Below, in pieces: positions 37,388 to 49,420 of a stretch of 64,000 bases of DNA. The DNA lies in NCBI RefSeq assembly GCF_006345805.1, contig NC_043017.1:21080001-21144000 (forward strand). Reading direction: 5' to 3'. Each line of letters starts with the position of its first letter. Position 1 is the stretch's first letter. The translations under genes and the position numbers were made by a program. The notes under the pieces were generated by a model that worked only from the letters and a program-made list of their open reading frames with translations, did no database searches and was not told the DNA's origin. The DNA is from Octopus sinensis (lineage: Eukaryota).

Positions 37388-37770
37388 CAGTAAGAGAGAA
37401 AGTATAAGATATATATATATATATATATTTATGTATATATGCATATAAGGATACATATATACATTTACTACTATATACATATATACACACACATAAGTAT
37501 ATATATATATATATGTGTGTGTGTGTACGTACATATCATCATCAGTCATCATCATCGTTTACGATGATGATGATGATGATGATATGTACTACAACACACA
37601 TATATATATATATATATATACTTATGTGTTGTACAGTAAGAGAGAAAGTATGATATATATATATATATATTTATGTATATATGCATATAAGGATACATAT
37701 ATACATTTACTACTATATACATATATACACACACATAAGTATATATATATATGTGTGTGTACGTACATAT
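37388..37770. repeat. ~246-bp period tandem duplication in a microsatellite field
   Basis: cagtaagagagaaagta...tataaggatacatatatacatttactactatatac...tacgtacatat at 37388 and 37634. Confidence 0.85.
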
Positions 37771-38016
37771 ATATATATACATATCTATATATACATACAT
37801 ATATACATAATATATACATAATATATACATACATACATATATATATATATATACATTTATATACACATATATATACATATATATATATACATATATATAC
37901 ACATATATATACATATATATATATACATATATATACATTTATATACACATATATATACATATATATACATTTATATACACATATATATACATATATATAC
38001 ATGTATATATATATAT

Positions 38017-38294
38017 GAGAATTTCTTTTAGGGTTTGAAAATGTACCTGAATCTAAAAGAGCATGTAGTAATTTTTAAATAGATTTATTCACACAGCAAA
38101 CAAGTTCTGACAATTTTTTTTTGCTTATCAATGGTACAAATATACACAAAAAGTTTGTTTTTCAATATATATTTGTACCATTGATAAGCAAAAAAAAATT
38201 GTCAGAACCAGTTAGGTACGTGAATAAATCTATTTAAAAATGACTATGTGCTTTTTAGATTCAGGTGCATTTTCAAACCCCAAAACAAATTCTC
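38017..38294. repeat. Fold-back element, ~128-bp inverted arms
   Basis: 38017-38144 versus the reverse complement of 38168-38294. The inner ~45 bp is near perfect, with one mismatched patch of about 10 bp. Confidence 0.9.
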
Positions 38295-38329
38295 CTATAT
38301 TTTTTCTTGCACAGGAATACACTTCTTTC

Positions 38330-39228
38330 CACACACACACACATATATATCAATTAACATCAATGGAAATTGTAGCTGTGATACCAGTGCCGGTGGAACG
38401 TAAGAGAACCATCCGAACATGGCCGTTGCCAGTGCTGCCCCGAGTGGCCTCCGTGCCGGTGGCAAGTAAAAGGCACCATCCGATTGTGGCTGTTGCCAGC
38501 CTCGCCTGGCCTCTGTGCCAGTGGCACATAAAGAGCACCATCCGACCGTGCCCATTTGCCAGCCTTGTATGGCACCTGTGCCGGTGGCACGTAAAATGCA
38601 CCCACTACACTCACGGAGTGGTTGGCATTAGGAAGGGCATCCAGCTGTAGAAACACTGCCAGATCAGACTGGGCCTGGTGCAGCCTTCTGGCTTCCCAGA
38701 CCCCAGTTGAACTGTCCAACCCATGCTAGTATGGAAAGCAGACATTAAAAGATGATGATGATGATGATATATATATATATATATATATTACACACACACA
38801 CACACACATATATATCAATTAACATCAATGGAAATGTAGCTGTGATACCAGTGCCGGTGGCACGTAAGAGAACCATCCGAACATGGCCGTTGCCAGTGCT
38901 GCCCCGAGTGGCCTCCGTGCCGGTGGCAAGTAAAAGGCACCATCGATTCCGATTGTGGGTGCCAGCCTCGCCTGGCCTCTGTGCCAGTGGACATAAAGAG
39001 CACCATCCGACCGTGCCCATTTGCCAGCCTTGTATGGCACCTGTGCCGGTGGCACGTAAAATGCACCCACTACACTCACGGAGTGGTTGGCATTAGGAAG
39101 GGCATCCAGCTGTAGAAACACTGCCAATCAGACTGGGCCTGGTGCAGCCTTCTGCTTCCCAGACCCCAGTTGAACTGTCCAACCATGCTAGTATGGAAAG
39201 CAGACATTAAAAGATGATGATGTTGATG

Positions 39229-39264
<36 letters not shown>

Positions 39265-39270
39265 CACACA
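38330..39270 (+). mobile_element. Two tandem copies of SINE family C with shared flanks (~465-bp period)
   Basis: caattaacatcaatggaaa(t)tgtagctgtgatacc at 38351 and 38816. Internal repeated modules gtgccggtggcacgtaaaa.gcaccatccga; (GAT)n tail. Confidence 0.9.
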
Positions 39271-39705
39271 TATATATGTGTGTGTCTCTGTGGTCACTTG
39301 TGAGGTCTCTCATGAGTGTTACTGGTAACATGAAATGCAGTACAACCTGTTGTAAGGTTGGGTTATCAGTGACTACCCCAGCACCTGCACTAGGCTTGCC
39401 TGGTGAGGAGGGTTGTTTGAAACCCAGCAGGACTTAAAACAAGACCTATCAAAAGGATGGATGAACATAGTATAGGTTCAATGACTGTGTTATTGCTAGA
39501 AGCAATAACACAGACTCTCAGACATTCCAGGTTGGGGTCCAGCATGCTGGAAGACCTCTTGGAATAATGTACCTCTTAGCTTTTATTGAAACACATCTCT
39601 AAGAGAATCCCACTGATATAAAAGCAGATATGCAGGGAATGGCACTGGACATTTAAGGGGTCTTTTGCTTGAGGGATCTGGTGCTCCTACATTCCTGAGC
39701 ATATA

Positions 39706-40107
39706 TACTCTCTTTTACTCTTTTACTTATTTCCGTCATTTGACTGCGGCCATGCTGGGGCACCACCTTTAATCGAGCAACTCGACTCCGGGACTTATTC
39801 TTTTGTAAGCCGAGTACTTATTCTATCAGTCTCTTTTGCTGAACCGCTAAGTAACAGGAACATAGATACACCAGCATTGGTTGTCAAGCAATGTTAGGGG
39901 GACAAACACACACATGCATATATATATATATATACATATATACAACGGGCTTCTTTTCAGTTTCTGTCTACCAAATCCACTCAAAAGGCTTTGGTCGGCC
40001 CGAGGCTATAGTAGAAGACACTTGCCCAAGGTGCCACGCAGTGGGACTGAACCCAGAACCATGTGGTTGGTAAACAAGCTACTTACCACACAGCCACTCC
40101 TGCACCT
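39706..40107 (-). mobile_element. SINE family B, full length
   Basis: Same structure as 35068-35475. Confidence 0.9.
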
Positions 40108-40404
40108 AGGTATATATATTTTTACACACATATCATCATCATCACCATCATCTTTTCATGATTACTCTGCTATGCTTGAATAGATTTTTTATGTTTGGAT
40201 GACCCCCCCCCACCACCACCACACTGTTGCCAAACAAGGTAATATTTCCCCATGGTTAAATATGTTTTTGTGGAATGTGAAGCTAAGGATACACAAGGAC
40301 TTACACATACATATACACAAACACACGTGCATACACACACACACATACTCACACACATTTATACAAATGCACACACACATATTTATACACACATGATTGA
40401 CTTT

Positions 40405-40557
40405 TTTCGCTTTCTGACAACCAAATCCACTCACAAGGCTTTAGCTGGCCTAGAGCTACAGAAGAAGACACTTGCTGAAGATACTGTGCTGTGGGATTGA
40501 ACCCAAAAACACATGATTGGGACGCAAGTTTCTTAACCACACAGCCACTCCTGTGCC
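40405..40557 (-). mobile_element. SINE family B 5' half
   Basis: accaaatccactcacaaggc...agaagacacttg...gattgaaccc...accacacagccactcctgtgcc. Confidence 0.8.
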
Positions 40558-41121
40558 TTCATTTATCAAATTTCCTGTCGAATCAGATGACTGCAATCTA
40601 TTATATAACAAATAAGTTATCATCATCTCATACCTAGCGTACAAGCATCTGAACAGGATAATAAATAGATCTACTGAATCAAATATTGACAAAGAATAGA
40701 AAAGAAAAGCAAAAACGTCCTTTATACTGACTGGTTACTAGAAGCTACTGATTTGAACAAAAGACTTTTCTTGTCATTTAATTAATCATCACTGTGACAA
40801 TTCTTGCATCAATACCTCATCATTCATAACGAATATTTTCTATGGAGATGAACCGAGGAATAAATATGTAGCTATCATATGGGATTATAAGGGAAATGGT
40901 TTTTCTATGGTGAATCTTTTATGAGCGTCGCATAATCCATAGTTATATTTCGATATTCCTCGGCAAAGTAAATATTTTCTTTTCCTTTCAATAACACACG
41001 GAGTAAATCTCGGTGTCATATTGAACTGACAGTTATGAACAATGACAGACAGGATATTCCTGATTTGGTCAGCACGGATGATCGTGTCAGAGTAGCGGAG
41101 AGTGTTGACATAGTCACGCTG

Positions 41122-41155
<34 letters not shown>

Positions 41156-41473
41156 ACTGCTGCTGCTGCTGCTGTAGTTACAACTAGTCTTTTTAACCAC
41201 ACAGGGAATATGAGCTTGCTTCAATGTTATCATATACCATAAGGACTTGCAGTTTTGCGAGTATGTGTGTTTAATATTTAACTCTGTAAAAGGACATTCT
41301 ATATAAAGGTGAAAATGGTCAATGGGTAATATACTTGACCATTAATGCTAAAGTCCATAGGTGTCTGAAGGACATTGTGCTTAAGTCTCTGTACAAAATA
41401 CTACATTTGAATGGAGGGAAACAAAAAAGCAGGATTCTTGTCGGCACAAACTATTGTGGCAGAATATTGTCAT

Positions 41474-41874
41474 AGGCGCAGGAGTTGCTGTGTGGTAAGT
41501 AGCTTGTTTACGAACCACATGGTTCTAGGTTCAGTCCTACTGTGTGGCACATTAAGCAAGTGTCTTCTACTATAGCCTCACACTGACCAAACCTTGTGAG
41601 TGGATTTGGTAGATGAAAACCATCGTATATATATATATGATGGTTTTCATATATATATATATATGTATATGTTTGTGTGTCTGTGATTGTCCTCCAACAT
41701 CACTTGACAACCGATGCTGGTGTGTTTACGTCCCCGTGACTTAGTGGTTCAGCAAGAGAGACTGATAGAATAAGTACTAGGCTTACAAAGAATAAGTCCT
41801 GGGGTCAATTTGCTTGACTAAAGGCGGTGCTCCAGCATGGCTGCAGTCAAATGACTGAAAAAAATAAAAGAATA
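41474..41874 (+). mobile_element. SINE family B, full length
   Basis: aggcgcaggagttgctgtgtggtaagtagcttg...ctccagcatggctgcagtcaaatgactgaaa. Confidence 0.9.
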
Positions 41875-42624
41875 GTTGTGCCAGAGTACCGTAGTTACAG
41901 TACTACAGTCTCATTTTACTACACAGGGAATATAAGCTTGCTTCAACATCATTGTATTGTGGAAGCGTATGGCTTAGTGGACGTGGTAATGGACTCGTGA
42001 TCATAAGGTTGAGGTTTCGCTTCCTGGACCAGGAACATAAACAGGGACATAAACACACCAACACTAGTTGCCATGTGGTGATGGGGGGGGACAAACACAG
42101 ATGAAACAACACACACACACACATGTAGGTATATATATCATCATCATCATCATTTAATGTCTGTCTTCCATGAATGCATGTCAGGAGGAAGCCAGGTAAA
42201 AGACCACCCCAGGCTACTGTGTCTATTTTGGCAGGGTTTTCATGGCTGGAAGCCCTTTCTAACAGTTTTTATCTACCAAGTCTGTTCAGAACGCTTTAGT
42301 TGGCCGAGGCTATGGTAGAAGACACTTGCCCAAGGTGCCCTGCAGTGGGATTGAACTCCAAACCATGTGGTTGGAAAGCAAGCTTCTTACCACACAGCCA
42401 TGCTTGTTACCATTACCAGCAAAAATTTAATCAGCAAAATTAGGGCTAATATAGGAGAATGACCACAATACAGTAAATAGTTGTGGCTGATTCTGGATAA
42501 GTAAGAGGCTAGTAAAGGGGTTGGTAACATAAAGAGCATCAGGCTGCAAACGACTGTCTCAGAAAGTCTCAGCCTAACCATACCAGCATAGAAAAGTGAA
42601 TGTAAAAATGATGATGATGATGAT

Positions 42625-42765
42625 GATGATGTAATGATGATGTTGCAAACTGTGATGATGACAATGACTATAATGATGATGATATTTGTGGTGTTGGTGA
42701 TGATGATGACAACAGTGATGATGATGTTTGAGAGGATGATGATGATGATGATGACCATGGTGATG
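42625..42765. repeat. Cryptic (ATG/GAT)n tract
   Basis: Seen directly; it is the source of the poly-M and poly-H ORFs. Confidence 0.85.
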
Positions 42766-43350
42766 GCAATACATACATATGCATGTATGTCTGCATGTGC
42801 ATATGCATTGATGAATGCACATAATGCGTGTCTGAATTTGTTGGCCACAGTTTTGCACCTAATTAGCTGAAATCTAGCAAAGGGAAACATTTTTATGCAA
42901 AAGTCAAAAGTTGTGACCTTTTCCTTGAAAAACTAAGAATACAATTTAGCCCCCCTCCCCACAACAGCGCTGCAGTAAACGTTGTCAAATGTTACTGATT
43001 AGAAAAAATAATTAGTTCGAATAATTATGTAAATTAGTACAATAATTTTCTTGAAAAACAAATGTGTTTTCCCAGAAAATATAATAAAATAAGAGTAAGA
43101 TGTAATTTTAATTGCTTGTGTGGAGTATTTTTAAGAAGCTCAACATGACCTGCTTTTAACCAACCAACCTGAGACCAACCCTAGCTCTATGATACAAATT
43201 TTCAGTTTTCAGGTAATCTAAATAAAAACCTTCCATCAAAATTTTTTTTGTGTGTGTGTGTGTTCCAAACTCCAGTTTAATAACTAAAGTCTTCATCAAA
43301 ATTAATTGAAACGAAGGCAGTGTATGCCTACAGAAATATGATAACAAAAA

Positions 43351-43764
43351 AGGCGGCGAGCTGGCAGAAACGTTAGCATGCCGGGTGAAATGCGTAGCCA
43401 TATTTTGTCTGCCACTACGTTCTGAGTTCAAATTCTGCTGAGGTCGACTTTGCCTTTCATCCTTTCAAGGTCGATAGTCGATAAATTAGGTACCAGTTAC
43501 GCACTGGGGTTGATGTAATCGACTTAATCCATTTGTCTGTCCTTGTTTGTCCTCTCTGTCTTTAGCCCCTTGTGGGTAGTAAAGAAATAGGTATTTCGTC
43601 TGTCGCTATGTTCTGAGTTCAAATTCCGCCGGGGTCGACTTTGTCTTTCATCCTTTTGGAGGTTGATAAATTAAGTACCAGTTACACACTGGAGTCGATC
43701 TAATCGACTTAATTCCTTTGTTTGTCCCTTCTATGTTTAGCCCCTTGTGGGCAATAAAGAAATA
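43351..43764 (+). mobile_element. SINE family A, head-body-body dimer, 19-bp TSD
   Basis: TSD agaaatatgataacaaaaa at 43332-43350 and 43765-43783; internal junction aaagaaataggtatttcg at ~43580-43598. Confidence 0.95.
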
Positions 43765-44100
43765 AGAAATATGATAACAAAAAAAGGTTAACTCTTTTGA
43801 TACAATCCCACCAAAGACTGCCCCTAGCAGGGTTAAGTAGGAGTTTTGAAGTGGGTCATTCTCTGCCATTTACAGAATGGCAAATATTTTAACCGGACCT
43901 TTTGGTTCCCTGCCTGTCAGACTTCAAGCTTCTTTAAAGGGTTAAATTGATCTAAAGTGAGCTAAAGGGCTAAAGTGATGATAACAAAAAACTTTTTTAT
44001 AACATCTTTCATTGTTTCCTAAATAACCTTGAAAGAAAATCCATGTCTGTTAAGTTCACCATCATCAATCCACTCCAAGCAAAGTTCATCTTCATCAATT

Positions 44101-44495
44101 CTTTTACTTTTGTTCTTTTATTTGTTTCAGTCATTTGACTGTAGCTATACTGGAGCACCGCCTTTAGTCAAACAAATCGACCCCAGGACTTATTCTTTGT
44201 AAGCCTAGTACTTACTCTATTGGTCTCTTTTGCCGAACCACTCCATTAGAGGGACATAAACACACCAACATCGGTTATCAAGTGATGGTGGTGGGGGGAA
44301 CAAACACAGATACACAAATACACACACACACACATACAACGGGCTTCTTTCAGTTTTGGTCTACCAAATCCACTCACAAGGCTTTGGTCAGCCTGAGGCT
44401 ATAGTAGAAGACACTTGCCCAAGGTGCCAAGAGTGAGACTGAACCCAGAACCAAGTGGTTGAGAAGCAAGCTCTGTACCACACAGCCACACCTGC
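44101..44495 (-). mobile_element. SINE family B, full length
   Basis: Same structure as 35068-35475. Confidence 0.9.
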
Positions 44496-45764
44496 CATTT
44501 TTTTTTTAAATAGAATAGTTTTTAGTTATCAATAGTGAGATACTACAGATATATTTTCTGGGTAAACTTTGCTTGGAGTGATCTTACCACACAGCGAACT
44601 TACTTTATGGTGAACTGATGGTAGTGAATTTACCTGTAATCATGAAAATCAGAATATTTTAACTGATGATGATGATGATGATGATGATGAAATATGGTAA
44701 AGAAAGAGTTAAATTACTTGTGTGCAACGGTTTTGATTGAATCAATCTTTTCTAGACTTCCTACCGAATTTACCAAGATGCTTTTCATTCTGTTTATAAG
44801 CCAGTTCATTCAAAATATAGTTAATTCATGCGATTGCATATATTTTAGAGATTTATAAATCCAAGACGGATTATTTCTGCTAGGAGGAATATAATACTGC
44901 CCGCAAGAAGTACATTTTCACTGTTTGTGGATAATAATTATTCACAATGTATCAATACAAACTCCCAGATATATACATATTTGTGTGTATATATGTATGA
45001 ATACATACATATATGTGTGTGGGTACATATATATGTACATATATGTATGTATATATGTGTGTGTACATATATGCATATATACATGGGTATATATATATGT
45101 ACATATATTTATGTATATATATGTATATATATATATGTATGCATATGTATATATGTAAGTGACAAAGATTTGTAGAATTTCTTTTCCATCAAACAATTTC
45201 TGATTTCTCATAAAGATACTGAAGCAAAAAGATAGCCCTCATCTGACCCGGAACTAAATTCCCCTAATTTTTTATTGACACAAAACATTATAATAACAAT
45301 CTAGTTGATCTGCAAACAATCTGTTGACTGATATCAATCTGTTACCGGCGATGATGGATCTTTATTTAGAAGATAACAATGGGAAAAGAGAGATGCTGAG
45401 TGTATTGGCAGAAATATAAATCATTGGGACACAACGAGTCCGCTATCACTATCACTGCCAACATCATCTAGAGAAATCTACTGATAGTTTCACAATGCTC
45501 ATACATCTTTTTCTACTTTCCCTTTCACTGGTCAGATTCCATGAATATTCAAGTACATGAGAGAGACTTGATTCAGTCCAAGTCATCCATCACCTTATTA
45601 ATTTATCAGAAAATGGATGTAAATTTTTTTCGTAAAAATGGTAATTTTTTTCTAAAAGAAGGGAGCTTTTGTTTTAATTCATTTTTTACGGAATAAACTT
45701 TAAAAAAAAAAGACAATTTACTGATGGAAAAAAAAATTTATTGAATTAATTTGGCATTCTTTTA

Positions 45765-45975
45765 TTTATTTATTCTTTAACTTTCAGTCATTAGACTGCG
45801 ACCAAGCTGGGGCACTGCCTTGAAGAAATTTAGTCAAACAAATTGACGCTAGCACTTATTTTCTTTTTTCTTAAGCCTGGCATTTATTCTATCGATATCT
45901 TTTGCCAAAATGCTATGTTACAGGGATGTAAACACACCAACACCTGTTGTCAAGTGGTGGTGATGGACACACACA
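45765..45975 (-). mobile_element. SINE family B 3' half, degenerate
   Basis: ctttcagtcattagactgcgaccaagctggggcactgcc...gtaaacacaccaacacctgttgtcaag. Confidence 0.7.
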
Positions 45976-45984
45976 AAAGGTTAG

Positions 45985-46520
45985 GTTTGTGGGTTCATCG
46001 CCGTCATCGCTGTTCTACCCTATCCTCTGCCTTCTCCTCTTGCTAGCCCTCTTGCCTCTATTTTTTTCATCTGTGAACTTTAGTTGTGTTGTTGTTAATT
46101 TTCCACTTCCTGTGTGTCCCTTAGTTTTCTTCTTCTCTTGCTTCCTTCCATGACTCTCACTCATCTCACCTGATTACTTTCTTCAGCTTTTGACTCAACC
46201 ACTTCATCCCATTTCTCATCACAACATCCCATCACTGCTTCCATTCCCATCATTCTTTGCAACTCCTTGTTTGTCATCCTCTCTCTCAGCCTTACTCTAC
46301 GCTAAAAAAACCACTGAACCATTTTCATTTCCATTGTTTCTTTCTTCCTCTCCTGCCCAGGATTCATTACCCATGTCTCACTCATACACAATCGCTGCAC
46401 TCTTCACATATGCCACGTTCACCTTTACTTTCATTTTCAGGCATAATCCTCTCTCCGTTGATAAACCCACTCCTAGTTACAGGAGGAAGAGCAATCTCCA
46501 ACCCCTAGCCTACTTTTAGC
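45985..46520 (-). mobile_element. Degenerate RTE-clade LINE 3' fragment
   Basis: Minus-strand translation with frameshifts: LSLKMK.KVNVAYVKSA..Y.SETWVM...MEMKMVQW...ERMTNKELQRMMGMEAVM.VVMRNGMKWL...VMEGSKRR (the RTE YGSETW/LRW pattern). Confidence 0.7.
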
Positions 46521-47899
46521 TTTTCCAAGATTGATATAAAAGACAGTGGACATAACCCTTATACCGGACGCTTGGTCTGGATGCTTGCAACCAGTATACT
46601 AAACAAATAACATACGAGAACCAAGTAGAGGTGGTTGTTATATTACAAGATGGATTAAATTTACTGCCCAAACTACTGAAAACAGAGCTTTATACCTACT
46701 TTATTATGTACTATGGATGTTACAAGCAGATTTGGTGAAAGGATCAATTAGTTATATTGTAATAAATTTTATGTCTATGATTTCTAAAATTGTCCCTTCT
46801 TTTGCAGTTAACATATCCCCAAAGTTTCCTCTCCATTTAAAATTTTTTGTTTGTGTTATTGAGGCTATGCCCCAGCACGAAAAGGTTCAATATTGCAATT
46901 TGTTTTGTACTGACACAATGCCATTGATTTGCAATGGTTCGAGGCTTGAAACTTCTTGAGAGAATTGCATGTGTTGAGGACTGTGCCTTGGGCATATTCA
47001 GCAGGGGAAAAGTTTTATATTTCCATTCGGAATAAAGTTCAGTGTTAAAAGTGCTGCTCTATTTTAAACAATTTTTCCTGATTCATATTCGCAACTCTTA
47101 TCTGTCACAATACATCTTTTGTCATTGTTGAGGGTGAAGATGTTAAAAATATCTCATAATTTTAAATAACAGTGCAACACAAATATTATTGATTTCTAGA
47201 ACAAAAAAAAAAATGTTTTGCACTTTGAAACATCAACATCACCCCCCACCCCACCCAAACACATACAATCACCACCAACGACAGCAACATCAAAAACAAC
47301 ACAATAACTGCTAGAATTTATTAAAACAAACCTCTGTAACCAATACTGAATAATGAATATTTACCTTGAAGGCACCACAATGCAATTTTCGATGCAATAT
47401 TTTCAAAACGTACTGAGAAATGGTAAAATTCTTACCTGAAATGTAAAAAAAAAAAAAAAAGAAAAAATAATTAATCCATTATCAAATTTTCATTATAGGA
47501 AATTTTTAGAACAGAAGAATAAGGAAACGAGGTATTCCAAACTTGTTCACTCTTCCATGATTGCAGGAGGAGAAAGAAAAAAAAAAATCTTCTTCCATTT
47601 CAATATTCTGAACAACTTTGGAAAATATTACAGAAAAAAAAAAGGGTGATAAAAATAAATGAAAAACATACCTAGAAACAAACACTAACACATACATAAA
47701 CATAAACACACACATACACATGTCCATACACAAAACCATATCATCATCATCATCATCATCATCATATGTATATATGTGTGTATGTATGTGTACATATATA
47801 TATATGCACACACGTCTCTCTACCCATATGTGTGTATGTATATATATATATATATATACAAGTATATATATATCCATATATCATGTCTCTCTCTCCATA

Positions 47900-47933
<34 letters not shown>

Positions 47934-48435
47934 CATATATATGTGTGTGTGTGTGTATGTGTGTATATATATATGTGTGTGTGTATATAATTTTTACCTG
48001 AATGAATATAATAATTTTATAGTTGTAGGAAAGTAAATTGAAAAGCAAACAGTACCACGAGAATTACACACACACACACACACGCATGAATGCATGCATC
48101 TTCATAGATGCAAACATAACTATGTGGTTACGAGGTACAGTTTGCATACAAATGGTTTTGAGTTCAGCTCCATTTCATGACATCTTGCACGAGTGGGTTG
48201 TGTTGTAGCCCAGGGCAAACCCGTAGCTTTTGAGTGGATTTAATAGACAGAAATAATACAAACCTAACATATGAACGTTATTATTTTCTACTATGGCATG
48301 AAAAACTGTTTCTTTCAACAGGTAACATTAAAAATAATGTCAGTGTGTGTATGAGTACACACACACACACGGAGAAAGAAAATTGCCAATGATACACATG
48401 CGGTCACATATACATATATAAATATATATATATAT

Positions 48436-48815
48436 ATCATCATCATCATCATCATCGTTTAACGTCCGTTTTCCATGCTAGCATGGGTTGGACGGTTCTA
48501 CTGGGGTCTGTGAAGCCAGAAGGCTTCATCAGGCCCAGTCAAATCTGGCAGTGTTTCTACGGCTGGATGCCCTTCCTAACGCCAACCACTCCGTGAGTGT
48601 AGTGGGTGCTTTTTACGTGCCACCCGCACTGGTGCCAGACAGAGCTGGCAAACGGCCACGAACGGATGGTGCTTTTTATGTGCCACCGGCACGAGGGCCA
48701 GGCGAGGCTGGCAACGGACACGAAACGGGGCGGTGCTGGCAACGGTCGCGAAACGGAAAGTTCTCTTACATGCCACCGGCACTGGTAACACATCTGCAAT
48801 TTCCATTGATCGATT
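48436..48815 (-). mobile_element. SINE family C, near full length
   Basis: (cat)n-cgtttaacgtccgttttccatgctagcatggg...tttttacgtgccacc...gccaccggcactggtaacacatctgcaatttccattgat; many CpGs retained. Confidence 0.9.
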
Positions 48816-48830
48816 TCGATTCTGATCCGA

Positions 48831-48861
<31 letters not shown>

Positions 48862-49026
48862 CAATATTGTGTCTATATATATGTATGTATGTATGTATAT
48901 ATATATACATTCATATAAGTATGTATGTATATATGTATGTATATATGTATGTATGTATATATGTATGTATGTATGTATGCATGTATGTATGTATGCATGT
49001 GTGTATATATATATATATATATATAC

Positions 49027-49124
49027 AGAAAAGGCATAGGTGCAAACTCTATAAGATGTAGCCAGTGTAAGCTATGGACACATAAGAGGTGCAGCAATAT
49101 CAAAGGAAGTTTAACTGGGAAGAT
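49027..49124 (+). mobile_element. RTE-clade LINE internal fragment with Cys-rich motif
   Basis: [33 protein letters not shown] resembles the C-terminal-half zinc-finger-like RKGVG.NSI.C..C..W.HK.CS motif of some invertebrate RTE ORFs (recalled family knowledge). Confidence 0.65.
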
Positions 49125-49420
49125 AGAGAGTGAGGTGGAGGAAAGAGAACAGATGTAAGATATGTATGGTTATTGAATTATGCCTTTAAAACAGATTTAC
49201 AAATTCAATAACCATACATATCTTACATCTTTTCTTTTTCCTCCACCTCACTCTCTGCTGGTATCACATCGAAACTAACTATGACTTAATTTTTCCTCTC
49301 ACACCGTCTCCAATGAAGGGATATTATTAATTAATATCCTTGAAACAGCTGTAAGACCTTCTATCTATAAATGCTCTAATATCTATACAGCCTTGGATTT
49401 TTTTATCTCATTAGGCAAAA
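49125..49420 (+). mobile_element. Penelope-style pseudo-LTR remnant with an inverted 5' duplication
   Basis: 55-bp inverted arms 49125-49179 and 49202-49256 (2 mismatches), directly followed by sequence carrying a hammerhead-like motif. Confidence 0.6.
49306..49357 (+). ncRNA. Minimal type-I hammerhead ribozyme-like motif (mutated core)
   Basis: gtct-CCAATGA-agggatatta(ttaat)taatatcctt-GAAA-cagctg-TA-agac: stem I of 4 bp, stem II of 10 bp with one G.U, palindromic stem III. The core is CCAAUGA instead of CUGAUGA. Confidence 0.6.

Noticed and set aside
6500-45635. Scattered TCGTAAAA and TGATTTAT Hox-type words as evidence of a Hox-regulated locus
   Set aside because: Several such 8-mers are expected by chance in 64 kb of AT-rich DNA, so they are not informative without conservation data.
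46520-47180. Possible decayed TE coding region
   Set aside because: Translations gave no recognisable RT, transposase or helicase motif; left unannotated.
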